In this document: in pieces, positions 43,476-53,160 of the stretch
Position numbering within the stretch: the first letter of the stretch is position 1
How the letters are laid out: every line of letters starts with the position of its first letter
IMG/VR virus record: IMGVR_UViG_3300027749_000042
Length of the DNA stretch: 64,000 nucleotides
Direction: 5' to 3' (one strand)
Source: a virus
The notes under the pieces: generated by a model
What the model saw: the letters and a program-made list of their open reading frames with translations, nothing else
Database searches by the model: none
Told to the model about the DNA's origin: nothing
Program-made: the position numbers and the translations under genes

Positions 43476-44336
43476 ATGTCATTCTATGATGATTGCGGCA
43501 ATTCAAAACCACTTAGTATTATTGCTGGTCCTTGTGCATTCGAGTCTCAGAAACATGCTATCTTTATGGCAGAGTCGCTGCAATCAATCGTAGATAGTGT
43601 TGGTAAACGATTCGGGCAAGAAATCAACTTCATTTATAAGACGTCCTTCGATAAGGCTAATCGAACATCCGCTACTGCTTATAGAGGTGCAGGCTTCGAC
43701 GAGGCTTTTTATGGAATAGACGCCGTCCGTGGTAGGGGCATTGAAGTCCTCACGGACGTACATGAAAACTGGCATTGCGATGCAGTGAATGCTGATGTTA
43801 TTCAGATCCCCGCATTTCTTTGTCGGCAAACTGACCTTCTTGAATCGGCTGCACAAACGCATAAGCCAGTCAATGTGAAGAAGGGCCAGTTTATGGCACC
43901 CGAAGAAATGGGTAGCGTAGTCAAGAAGCTTGAGTATTTCGGCTGCAAGAAAATCATATTGACTGAGCGTGGTACCACGTTTGGCTATAAGAACCTTGTT
44001 GTCGATATGCGCTCGCTTGAGATTATGAAGTATTGGGGTTACCCAGTCTTCATGGATTGCACTCATGCTGTACAGCTACCAGGTGGTAATGGATCAAGTT
44101 CTGGTGGGCAGAGTGAGTTTGTACCGCTTATCGCTCGCGCAGCCACGGCTGTAGGTATTGCTGGTTTGTTTATGGAAGTCCACGAGAATCCAAATAATGC
44201 ACCATGCGATGGACCGAACATGATTGCACTTGACAAGTTCGACGCATTGTTGTATAGTTTACTTGAGATTGATGATGTAGTGAAAAGAAGTGAAAGGTTA
44301 GACAATGGCAATTTGGAAGCTGGAAACTCGGTATAA
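43476..44336 (+). CDS. kdsA: KDO-8-phosphate synthase
   Basis: IAGPC, SFDKANRTS, QIPAFLCRQTDL, NVKKGQF, ERG..FGY..LVVDMR, D.THAVQ.PG. Confidence 0.96.
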   Translation: MSFYDDCGNSKPLSIIAGPCAFESQKHAIFMAESLQSIVDSVGKRFGQEINFIYKTSFDKANRTSATAYRGAGFDEAFYGIDAVRGRGIEVLTDVHENWHCDAVNADVIQIPAFLCRQTDLLESAAQTHKPVNVKKGQFMAPEEMGSVVKKLEYFGCKKIILTERGTTFGYKNLVVDMRSLEIMKYWGYPVFMDCTHAVQLPGGNGSSSGGQSEFVPLIARAATAVGIAGLFMEVHENPNNAPCDGPNMIALDKFDALLYSLLEIDDVVKRSERLDNGNLEAGNSV

Positions 44337-44742
44337 GAAGAACATTCAGGAAACTGAATACTTCAATAAGGATGGGCAAGTTATTGAATACGAGACTTGG
44401 TGGCGTTGGGGTTATGCCAAGTTCGATGTTCCTGATGATGTAGATTTCAAGGATTATCTCAAAGCCGTTGAGGATATTGACCTTGATGATGATAATGGCA
44501 TTGATATCTATTCGCTTGACTATGATTTGATGGATCATAGCTTTGATGATGGCGTCGCGTGTTCGTGGACTTTTCCTGATGACATGGACGAGGAAGAGCA
44601 AGAGCGTATCCAAGAGTTGTTTGATGAAGAGTGGCACGAAGGTATGGAAAACGATGGTTGGGAAGCTACCGATAGAGAAGTCGTATTTCATGGTCCATTT
44701 GATTTGACAAAGGAAGAAGAGGACGGCGCTACTCATGGCTAA
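44305..44742 (+). CDS. Acidic hypothetical protein
   Basis: D/E-rich ORF, WRWG motif. Confidence 0.7.
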   Translation: MAIWKLETRYKKNIQETEYFNKDGQVIEYETWWRWGYAKFDVPDDVDFKDYLKAVEDIDLDDDNGIDIYSLDYDLMDHSFDDGVACSWTFPDDMDEEEQERIQELFDEEWHEGMENDGWEATDREVVFHGPFDLTKEEEDGATHG

Positions 44743-45508
44743 CGTGACAGGTAAGATTTGGGGTGACACCAGTGTTATTATTCAGAACGCATTGGTCGAG
44801 CTACATAAGATCAACGTAAAGGCAGGTTTTCGCTGCTCGGAGCACCTACATGAACATAAATGGAATGGATTCTACGTTGAATCAGGAGTACTGGAAATCC
44901 ATGTACGAAAGAATAACTACGAGCTTACCGATGTTACTGTTCTCCGAGCAGGTGACTTTACTAGCGTTCGGCCTGGTGAATATCACTTCTTTGTTTGCAC
45001 TGAAGCTTGCAGCGCACTAGAACTTTATTGGCCCGAACTCCTTAGCGAAGATATCAAGCGCAAGAACACTGGCGGTCCGATGGCTTCTAATATGCCACCG
45101 ATCAAAAAGAATCCTGTCGCAGTACCAGTGCCGATTGATTTTGAGTATGATACTGGTCGTGTGATTCCTAAGTATGATAAAGCAGGCTATGCGACATTAC
45201 CGCAGGGGCAAACAATTCATCCTGTAGGTATTGGACCAGTGATGTCGTCTATTATTTCTCCATCAGCGCAATTTGATTCGATGATGTTTGGTTCTGTGAC
45301 GACAACCGTTGCTTCTAACTCTGGTCTAGCAGAATCATTGCGTAAACTAAATGCTAATGATTTACCTATTGTGCCTAAAGACCTTGGAACTTGTGTTTCA
45401 ATTTGCAAACTTGGAGATGATGGAAGATGCACGGGATGTGGTCGTTCTTTGGAGGAGATAGAGATGGCGGGAGTAGCAGCAGGGAAAGTCAAGAAAAAGA
45501 AGGAATGA
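44735..45508 (+). CDS. Cupin protein with C-terminal DUF1289-like Cys domain
   Basis: GKIWG, CSEH.H.HK, PGEYH.F; CVSIC......CTGCGRSLEEI. Confidence 0.8.
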   Translation: MANVTGKIWGDTSVIIQNALVELHKINVKAGFRCSEHLHEHKWNGFYVESGVLEIHVRKNNYELTDVTVLRAGDFTSVRPGEYHFFVCTEACSALELYWPELLSEDIKRKNTGGPMASNMPPIKKNPVAVPVPIDFEYDTGRVIPKYDKAGYATLPQGQTIHPVGIGPVMSSIISPSAQFDSMMFGSVTTTVASNSGLAESLRKLNANDLPIVPKDLGTCVSICKLGDDGRCTGCGRSLEEIEMAGVAAGKVKKKKE

Positions 45509-45753
45509 TTGCAAGCATGAACGATACACCAGCGAGTATTATGACAAGCGAAACATTTGCTCGCATGGTAGAAGATCGTGTCTTCAATAAAAGTATGACA
45601 TATATTGACGCTTGCTTGGATGTGTGTACCGCGTCCGGGCTTGAACCCGAGAGTGTGCCTCGTCTCATCGGACCAAAAATCAAAAAGCTTATTCAATCAG
45701 AGGCGCTAGGTTCTAATCTAATCAAACGCACTGGAGCAAAGCTTCCGATATGA
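45505..45753 (+). CDS. Late-promoter transcription accessory protein gp33
   Basis: YIDA...C....LEPE, K..I..EA...NL, AKLPI; position upstream of gp59-gp32. Confidence 0.85.
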   Translation: MIASMNDTPASIMTSETFARMVEDRVFNKSMTYIDACLDVCTASGLEPESVPRLIGPKIKKLIQSEALGSNLIKRTGAKLPI

Positions 45754-46850
45754 TACCTGCATATAATAGTGGTGGTCCCACTTCAATGTCGAACCTTCAT
45801 AGATGGTTTCAGGATCTAAAACTTCCACACATCCATTTGTATCAAGATTTTGCTCTCGATGGATTTACAATCAATTCATCAGTAACTAACAGATCGAAAA
45901 AAATCACTCGCTACGAACTTGAGGATGCGAGAGATCCATACTTTGTTATCTTAGAGGCTATTAGTGACGTTATGGCAGTACCGTTAGACAAACTCCGTGA
46001 AATACTAAATCCAAAGGTCAATCAAATGCCGAATAGCCAAACTGCTTGGTCAGATGGTATCTACGATTATGCTGCTGATAGTACCATAATCGGTAGCACT
46101 CAATGGGTATCCGATAGCACCGTGGTAATAACAACAGGCGCTGGTGGTTCTGGTGGCATTGGTCATCCTGGTGCTGTAGGATCTAGTTTGCCTACGTTGG
46201 GTCAATGGATGGCAAATCCAAACGGCTCTATCACAAGGCAAGGGTTCGTTGATGATGTGCTTGGTATTGACTATAAGCACGAACAGATGGCGCGCAATGC
46301 ATTGTTTACAGATGCAGAGCAGGCCGAGATTCGCAATATGAAGTATGTTCTAAAGAATAACTATCTCAAGTTTGTGCCAGAAAAACTCATGTACAATGAA
46401 AAGGTAGTTGTCGCTGGCGGTTGTTTTGCGTCGTTTCTTAGCAAGGAACTGCCACATGATATTGATGTTTTCATCCTTGATGATGCCAAGACAAAACAGT
46501 ACGTCAAAGAATATGTTGATGCAAGGATCTTAGATAAACCTGGCATGTTCAAGATCGGTAGCACCGACTATATGAACAATGACAAGATTGAATTTACTGC
46601 GTTTGATATGAATCATAAGAACCAGTTCGTTACTACATCATACACCACACGCGCGGAACTCATTGCTCATTTTGATATGGTGCATTGCTGCATATCATAT
46701 ACACCGTACAATGATAAACTCTATATCACACGCGACGTATTTGATACGATTAAGAACACACAGATTCGATCTAATCAGTGCGGTATTATGGAACTAGTAG
46801 CACCGTGGCGCATTGAGAAGATGAAATCTCGAGGCTGGAGAATCAACTAA
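45750..46850 (+). CDS. Nucleotidyltransferase (CCA/poly(A) polymerase head-like) with N-terminal extension
   Basis: VVAGG..AS......DIDVF, FD..HC. Confidence 0.7.
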   Translation: MIPAYNSGGPTSMSNLHRWFQDLKLPHIHLYQDFALDGFTINSSVTNRSKKITRYELEDARDPYFVILEAISDVMAVPLDKLREILNPKVNQMPNSQTAWSDGIYDYAADSTIIGSTQWVSDSTVVITTGAGGSGGIGHPGAVGSSLPTLGQWMANPNGSITRQGFVDDVLGIDYKHEQMARNALFTDAEQAEIRNMKYVLKNNYLKFVPEKLMYNEKVVVAGGCFASFLSKELPHDIDVFILDDAKTKQYVKEYVDARILDKPGMFKIGSTDYMNNDKIEFTAFDMNHKNQFVTTSYTTRAELIAHFDMVHCCISYTPYNDKLYITRDVFDTIKNTQIRSNQCGIMELVAPWRIEKMKSRGWRIN

Positions 46851-47443
46851 TGGAAGGCATGACAGCATACCAACGCTATCAGGCTCTCAAGCTTCACTTC
46901 ACATCCGACTATGACTTCATCAAATACTCTGGCAAAATCAAAAAGATATCCGAAGCGTCCTTTCTAAAGCGCAAGGACCAATATCTCTTTCGCAAGATTG
47001 AACGCAAATATAGCGATGACGAACTAACCAATTTCTTTGTCGCTAACTTTGTCTCGTCTGCCGGTGTACGATGGGTCGGTGATATGTCAGGACCCGAGTC
47101 AGAGAAAGTTTATGTTGCTTGGTTGAAGCGCATGGAAACTTTCTCGTACCAGCTCAAAGAAGAACTAAATAAAATCGTTGATGATGTGGATGATCCGAAG
47201 TCTTTATTGAAGACGACTGGTGAGCATCCACAACTAATCAAACTCTATATGGGCAATAAGGTCTCTGCGGAAACCGTAATTGCTTTTGATATTGCCTTCA
47301 ATGTGCTTGATGCATGGAACAAGGTAATTGGCGATACCATCATATGGCCTGAGGTGTATCGCCAACTAAAAAAGTACAGGCCATTCGTGAGAGTTGATCC
47401 TGATAACATCAAAAAGATTATGCGTCAGGTGTTTTTGTCTTGA
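46850..47443 (+). CDS. Helicase loader gp59
   Basis: Y.ALKLHFT..YDF.KY.G, F.KRKD.Y.F, KY.PF. Confidence 0.9.
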   Translation: MEGMTAYQRYQALKLHFTSDYDFIKYSGKIKKISEASFLKRKDQYLFRKIERKYSDDELTNFFVANFVSSAGVRWVGDMSGPESEKVYVAWLKRMETFSYQLKEELNKIVDDVDDPKSLLKTTGEHPQLIKLYMGNKVSAETVIAFDIAFNVLDAWNKVIGDTIIWPEVYRQLKKYRPFVRVDPDNIKKIMRQVFLS

Positions 47444-47470
47444 CATTTGCACCAGAATAGTGTATAAATA
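47440..47470 (+). promoter_or_regulatory. Combined early/late promoter for gp32
   Basis: TTGACA-17nt-TATAAATA. Confidence 0.7.
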
Positions 47471-47531
47471 ACATGTTATTATGATTGAGTGAATAAAAAA
47501 TCCATACAACACATACAACGGAGATACACAT

Positions 47532-48440
47532 ATGAATGAAGCATTTATGAACCTCAAGCGCAATCGCGAATCCTCACTTGAGCGTCTTACCAAAGAAATC
47601 AACAAGCTATCAACTAAGGAAACTGGTTCGTCTAAGGACGAGCGTTTCTGGCAACCTGAAGTAGACAAGATGGGTAATGGCTTTGCTGTTATTCGCTTTC
47701 TTCCTGCTCCTGCTGGTGAAGAAGTTCCGTGGGTCCGTGTTTGGAATCATGGCTTTCAGGGCCCAGGTGGTTGGTATATTGAGAACTCTTTGACTACCAT
47801 CGGTCAGCAAGATCCTGTATCTGAGATGAACTCCAAGCTTTGGAATTCTGGCAACGATAAGGATAAGGAAATTGTCCGTCAGCGTAAGCGTCGTCTCAAC
47901 TACATCTCAAACATTGTCGTACTCAAGGATCCTGCACATCCTGAGAATGAAGGCAAAGTCTTTCTTTTCAAGTACGGAAAGAAGATTTGGGATAAGATCA
48001 ATGAGGTTATGAATCCTCAGTTTGAAGATGAGAAGCCTGTCAACCCATTTGAGTTGTGGGATGGCGCGAACTTCAAGCTAAAGATCCGCAAGGTCGAAGG
48101 CTATCGCAACTATGATAAGTCCGAGTTTGAAGGCAAGGCTCCTCTTGCTGATAATGATGAAGATATGGCTGCAATGTGGCAAGGTGCTAATTCGCTTCAG
48201 GCTTTTCTTGCGCCGTCTAACTTCAAGTCTTACGATGAGTTGAAGGCAAAGCTGGAGAAGGTTCTTGCTGAGCCGGCTGGTGCATCTTATCGCAATGAGG
48301 ATGACATCCCTTTTGACCGTCCGACTGCCCGTTCAATGGCTGCACCAGCAGTAGGGAAGTCGGCACCTGCTCCAAAGGCTAAGGCTGTAGATGATGACGA
48401 CCTGTCATTCTTCGAAAAGCTCGCTGAGGATGACGAGTAA
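47532..48440 (+). CDS. Single-stranded DNA-binding protein gp32
   Basis: DERFWQP.VDK.GNG.AVIRFLP, HGFQGPGGWYIEN, acidic tail. Confidence 0.97.
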   Translation: MNEAFMNLKRNRESSLERLTKEINKLSTKETGSSKDERFWQPEVDKMGNGFAVIRFLPAPAGEEVPWVRVWNHGFQGPGGWYIENSLTTIGQQDPVSEMNSKLWNSGNDKDKEIVRQRKRRLNYISNIVVLKDPAHPENEGKVFLFKYGKKIWDKINEVMNPQFEDEKPVNPFELWDGANFKLKIRKVEGYRNYDKSEFEGKAPLADNDEDMAAMWQGANSLQAFLAPSNFKSYDELKAKLEKVLAEPAGASYRNEDDIPFDRPTARSMAAPAVGKSAPAPKAKAVDDDDLSFFEKLAEDDE

Positions 48441-48446
48441 GACACT

Positions 48447-48474
48447 AGGGGGAACCGGGTTCCCCCTTTTTTTT
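48447..48474 (+). terminator. Rho-independent terminator
   Basis: AGGGGGAA-CCGGG-TTCCCCCT plus T-run between convergent genes. Confidence 0.85.
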
Positions 48475-50596
48475 ATTGATGATTTTCCATCTTCTGTTTA
48501 CCAAAAAATCTATTCAAGAATGGATTAGTTGCTGAGAGAGGTATGTTTGGTGTGACATTAGTATCACCACCTGCGCTCTTATTCATCACATTATAATCAT
48601 TCATATTTGTCTGTAAGATTTGACCTAACTTACCTTTATAACCAGCCGACTCGTCTCCCTCTGGTTCAATCTTAGTTGGTGCTGTTGCAGCAGGTTTTGC
48701 TGATGGTGTACCAAAACCTAAAGAATCTAAAGCTTTCATTATAGAGTCACCTAAACCAGGCGCGCCTGGTTGATCTGCTGGTGTTCCTTGCATTCCTCTA
48801 ATAGTTTTACCCATAGCATCGTGACCAGTTTCTGGTTCAATCTTACCAGCATCTATATCAACACGTTTTTGTTCCAGTGGTTTGGTAGCAGCAGAATTAG
48901 CTCTATCTTTATCATCTATACCTTGCATGTTTAACATCGCATCACGCGCAGCATTAGAATCTACGGTGGATGTTATACCTTTTGCATGTGTTGCACCCAT
49001 AGCATCTTCATCTTCTTTTTTATATTTTGCTTCCATCATATTGGATGCATTCTGCATATTTGCACCACGAACATCGGCTGCATTCATACCAGTTTCACCA
49101 CTACCAAGATTACCCAGCTTCTCAGCGTCTAGTGCCTGCTGTAGAATATCTCCATTTTTGCCTTCATACCCAACATTTGGATCACTATGAAGACCACCAC
49201 CTCGCCCTAACATGCGAGGATCAGTATGGTCGCCACCACCACGACCAATAGCGCCGGTTGTTTCACCTGTAGTGTGACCACCACCACGTCCGAACGTAGC
49301 CGGATTTGTCGCGTCTTGAATAGATTTAGCAGCGGCTTTCTTTGCTTCTACTGGTGCACCAGGTGCAGCCGCAATAGCTTTTAAACCAGCAAGTTCTTTT
49401 TGTCTCTGTTGATCCGCAGCAAAGAACATCGCAGTAGCACCAGAATCTCCGTTTCTTTCCATGTCCTGTTGTTGTTGAAACATAGCTTTAGATTTAGCGT
49501 GTGGATCAGGCGGTGCCATTATAGGTGCACCTGTAGTTGCAGCAGGCGCAGTTTCCGCAGGTCTTCTCATTGGTTGTGGTGCAGCCGCCGATTGTCTAGC
49601 AGCACCAAATGCACCGGTCTCACCACCTATTGACATATCTGTTGGCGCAGCTGGCGCTGCTGGAGTTGACGCAGCTGCCTTTGATGGATCGTTAGCATCG
49701 CTACCTGGTGTCTTATATAAATCTTCCGCACTAGCTTCGCGTGTACTAGACCCTGTCGTTCCAGCAGCACTAGTAGAAGCAGCGGCAGGACCCGCACCAC
49801 CTTCAGGTGCACCAGATCCACTTTTTGCTTTCGAACCAGCAGCCTCAGCAAATGCACCAGTTTCACCAGACATTGACATATCGGTTAATTGTGCTCCCTG
49901 TGGTGCACCTATTGGTGGTTGAGCTTTATTATATGATGCCATTGCGCCATCAATTTCAGATTGATCTGGTTTTTCATTTTTAAATTGCTTCCATAATTTA
50001 TACAATTCAATAGCATCACCGATTGATAATGCAAGACCAATCGCAACGCCAATCCACCCAATACCCGTAGCAGCAAGAATTGCCATTGTTGCTAACTTTT
50101 TACCGATTTTACCGAGTAATAGTGGCGCAGCAATTTTTAAAAATGAAATGAATGCGTCCCATGTGGAATCGCCACTCGAAGGAATAGCGTCCGCTGCCGC
50201 AGCTGGTGCCGCAGCACCTAATGCAGCACCACTGATAGTAGCACCAGCACCACCGGTAAGCGATGGTGCTATAGCAGCTAGACTTCTGGTAAACTCTGTA
50301 CGAGACGCAGCCAGTTCTTTATTCAATGTTCTAAAACGGTCTGTCATATCTCTGTCAACCTTAGCAACAGTCTTTAGAACGCTTGCGATGCTTTTCATAA
50401 TCTCGTTGGATACTTTTTGCAATTGCGTTAGTTGAATATTCAAACGCGACATAGAGTCCGCAAGGTCTCCCATTGAACTCTTGTTAGTCAATAGCGACGA
50501 TGATGCTTTCTGCATATTACTATCAGCAGACTTGGTACTAAATGTTATTGCTGGTCTTTCAAATGGTGTACCAGTTACGAGTTTTGAAATAGCCAT
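48473..50596 (-). CDS. Baseplate hub / tape-measure-like protein
   Basis: Ala/Gly-rich with coiled coil and hydrophobic segment; position after gp26/gp51. Confidence 0.55.
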   Translation of the reverse strand: MAISKLVTGTPFERPAITFSTKSADSNMQKASSSLLTNKSSMGDLADSMSRLNIQLTQLQKVSNEIMKSIASVLKTVAKVDRDMTDRFRTLNKELAASRTEFTRSLAAIAPSLTGGAGATISGAALGAAAPAAAADAIPSSGDSTWDAFISFLKIAAPLLLGKIGKKLATMAILAATGIGWIGVAIGLALSIGDAIELYKLWKQFKNEKPDQSEIDGAMASYNKAQPPIGAPQGAQLTDMSMSGETGAFAEAAGSKAKSGSGAPEGGAGPAAASTSAAGTTGSSTREASAEDLYKTPGSDANDPSKAAASTPAAPAAPTDMSIGGETGAFGAARQSAAAPQPMRRPAETAPAATTGAPIMAPPDPHAKSKAMFQQQQDMERNGDSGATAMFFAADQQRQKELAGLKAIAAAPGAPVEAKKAAAKSIQDATNPATFGRGGGHTTGETTGAIGRGGGDHTDPRMLGRGGGLHSDPNVGYEGKNGDILQQALDAEKLGNLGSGETGMNAADVRGANMQNASNMMEAKYKKEDEDAMGATHAKGITSTVDSNAARDAMLNMQGIDDKDRANSAATKPLEQKRVDIDAGKIEPETGHDAMGKTIRGMQGTPADQPGAPGLGDSIMKALDSLGFGTPSAKPAATAPTKIEPEGDESAGYKGKLGQILQTNMNDYNVMNKSAGGDTNVTPNIPLSATNPFLNRFFGKQKMENHQ

Positions 50597-52980
50597 TAAA
50601 ATAACCTTCTAAGAGCAGAACCAATTTGTGCGCCAATCATAAATGGTGACAGCATTGCTTCTGGGCGATATGTTGGTCCTGCCATCTGTTGAAATATATT
50701 AGTTCTAATATCATTTGTGACGGTTCTATTGATAATGTTTGTATCAACTGGTGGACACGCACACGCACGATTCACAGCATAATCTTGTGATGCCGCACCA
50801 AATCCTCCACCTGCACCACCACCAGGCGCACCTGCGGGACCACCAGGGACTGAAGATGTACCAGAACGATCTATGGAAGCAGAACCACCTTCACCAGCAC
50901 CCATAGAAAAGTGCATAGCATCTTTTGATGAACGCCAGTTGCCACCCCAACCTAACCCATACTTGGCAGCTATCGCACCAACATTAGGTGGCATATCTGT
51001 TTGTAATCTACCATCTTTCAAATGCGGATTAGCTGATGGATTAATGTCAATCGCGGCACCTAACGAATGATAACTCTTCGTATTTGTTCCTGCAATATTA
51101 CGATTAGCATATCCACCAATACTCTTAATCTTGTATCCACTTTTTTCTAGCTCATCAACAAACCCTTTGAAATTGCTTGCATACTGAGCGGCAACTGTAT
51201 ATTCTATACCACCTGGAGTTTTTAGCTTAACCATTCCAGGAATAGTAGACGCACCATTTCCTAAACTCGCAAGTGAAGTCTGCACTTGTTGCTGAGATGG
51301 TGCACCTGTTGTATCTAATGGCCGAACAGTACCAACCTGCTGAATAGGTGCAACACTAAATTTCTGATTAAATGCTGCTACTTTTCCTTCTAGCTCTTTT
51401 TTCTTTGCCTCATTAGCTTCACCGAGTCTAGCACCAGGACCTTTTCTTGCTGCAAGATCGTTTATGTTTTTTAACATCGTTACATTGGCTTGATGCGTTG
51501 CAGCCTCTTCTGGTGTTGCAGAAGGCCTACGTTCTGGTGCACCTGTAGTCGCGGCTGCTGGTGTTGATGCGGTAGTTGGACCACCAGATGGTGCAGCTGG
51601 TGTTGTTTGTTGAGCAGCAGCAGTTTGAGTGCCATTTTTAGGAACTTTAGGGTCGATGCCCATACCACGAATTGTATTGGATGTGCTTGTTACATACGAC
51701 ATCCAATCATTATTATAACCTTGTGCATATCTAGGCGTTTTTCCATAATTTTGAAGCATCATCAATGCTTCTTCAGCAGTCTTTGCATCTGCATATTTTG
51801 GTGCCCATTTTTTAACACGAAATGCAACAGCTTCATCAATAGATTCAAAACTTCTAAAAAATTTACTACCGCCACCAGGGTCTCTTGGCGTAGCTATTCT
51901 TACCCCCGGTTCTCTACCCTCTACTCCGGTTTGACCAAACGGGTTATTTTTACCCGTCATATGTTTACCCCAACCAGATTCAATAGCCCATTGTGCAGCT
52001 ACAACTTCTGGAAATGGATCTCCAGCTTTTTTAGCAGATTCCATAATTTGATTAAAACCAGCTTTACCCGTTGGTCTATCCCCTGCTTCTCCCGCACTAG
52101 CACCAGAAGAACCTAAAGGAACCGGTGCTGCTTGTGGCCCTGACCCACCACCAGGTGCACCGCTTGGACTCGTTGCAATCAAAGCAGCGCCGCCAGCAAT
52201 TGCTGCGCCTGCTACCGCAAGACCTATACCTACTCTCGTATTTTTAGCAGATCGAGATTGCTGCATTCTCTGCGCTCGCGCAAGAACTGCGGTGCTTCGC
52301 GAAGCTTTGAGTGATTTACGCCCAGCACCTTTACGCCCTGGTTTAGGCGCTACAGAACCACCAGCTTGTGTTGGTGCTTTTGCACCAGTTAGCGTCTCAA
52401 TGACTTTATCTTGAAACTCTTGGTTATTTTGAATCATGGTACGGATGACAGTTTCATTTTGCTCTGTCATCTTTTGAACAACGCCACTCATCTGTTCAAA
52501 TAGTTTTGGATATGACTCCATTATCTTCTGATTGGTGGTAATCAGATTGGTAGCGATAGATACGTTTCGATTGAATTGCTTGATGACCTTACTAGGTACA
52601 CCTGTTGCTTTAGTTGCGGCCTTTATGCCTGGTGCTTTTGGCATTGCAGCAGCAATTGCTTCACGTTTTTCTTGCGGTGGAAAATATGCAGCAATCTTAT
52701 CTGGCGCTGGTTTGCCTTGATCGTCAAGGATAGAACCATCTGGTGCATAGTAGTATTTGGTATTCTTTAATACGCCAGCAATTTGAGCGTTATTCTTCTT
52801 TCGCTTTTTAGGTGCTGCTATCACAACAGCAGCTTCTTCAACTGGAGCAGGCGCAGCAAACATCGCGGAAATTCGCGCAGACGCGGGAATGCCGTTCTCG
52901 TCCACAACCGTACCATCACTCTTGTAATAGTAATCGGTGTTTCCTAAACTGCCTGCTACTGGTCCTGGCTTTTTAGCCAT
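50596..52980 (-). CDS. Tail protein with GH73 glucosaminidase and M15 peptidase domains
   Basis: AAQWAIESGWG...NNPFG; SYHSLGAAIDIN...WGGNW...DAMHF. Confidence 0.8.
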   Translation of the reverse strand: MAKKPGPVAGSLGNTDYYYKSDGTVVDENGIPASARISAMFAAPAPVEEAAVVIAAPKKRKKNNAQIAGVLKNTKYYYAPDGSILDDQGKPAPDKIAAYFPPQEKREAIAAAMPKAPGIKAATKATGVPSKVIKQFNRNVSIATNLITTNQKIMESYPKLFEQMSGVVQKMTEQNETVIRTMIQNNQEFQDKVIETLTGAKAPTQAGGSVAPKPGRKGAGRKSLKASRSTAVLARAQRMQQSRSAKNTRVGIGLAVAGAAIAGGAALIATSPSGAPGGGSGPQAAPVPLGSSGASAGEAGDRPTGKAGFNQIMESAKKAGDPFPEVVAAQWAIESGWGKHMTGKNNPFGQTGVEGREPGVRIATPRDPGGGSKFFRSFESIDEAVAFRVKKWAPKYADAKTAEEALMMLQNYGKTPRYAQGYNNDWMSYVTSTSNTIRGMGIDPKVPKNGTQTAAAQQTTPAAPSGGPTTASTPAAATTGAPERRPSATPEEAATHQANVTMLKNINDLAARKGPGARLGEANEAKKKELEGKVAAFNQKFSVAPIQQVGTVRPLDTTGAPSQQQVQTSLASLGNGASTIPGMVKLKTPGGIEYTVAAQYASNFKGFVDELEKSGYKIKSIGGYANRNIAGTNTKSYHSLGAAIDINPSANPHLKDGRLQTDMPPNVGAIAAKYGLGWGGNWRSSKDAMHFSMGAGEGGSASIDRSGTSSVPGGPAGAPGGGAGGGFGAASQDYAVNRACACPPVDTNIINRTVTNDIRTNIFQQMAGPTYRPEAMLSPFMIGAQIGSALRRLF

Positions 52981-52983
52981 TTG

Positions 52984-53160
52984 TTATCCTCGTTCGCGTT
53001 CTTCTTTTAGTTTCTCAAGGTATTCTAGTAGCATCTTAACGTAAATATCCCTCTCCCAGGGTATCATTCCTTCAATGTCACTCAGAGAATATTTGTGGTG
53101 TTGCATAAGCGAAAAATTGGTTTGATAGTAGTTTGCTAATGTGTTATGAGAGAGGACCAT
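52984..53160 (-). CDS. Baseplate hub assembly catalyst gp51-like (58 aa)
   Basis: Read by eye: NYYQTNFSLMQHHKYSLSDIEGMIPWERDIY. Confidence 0.85.
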   Translation of the reverse strand: MVLSHNTLANYYQTNFSLMQHHKYSLSDIEGMIPWERDIYVKMLLEYLEKLKEERERG

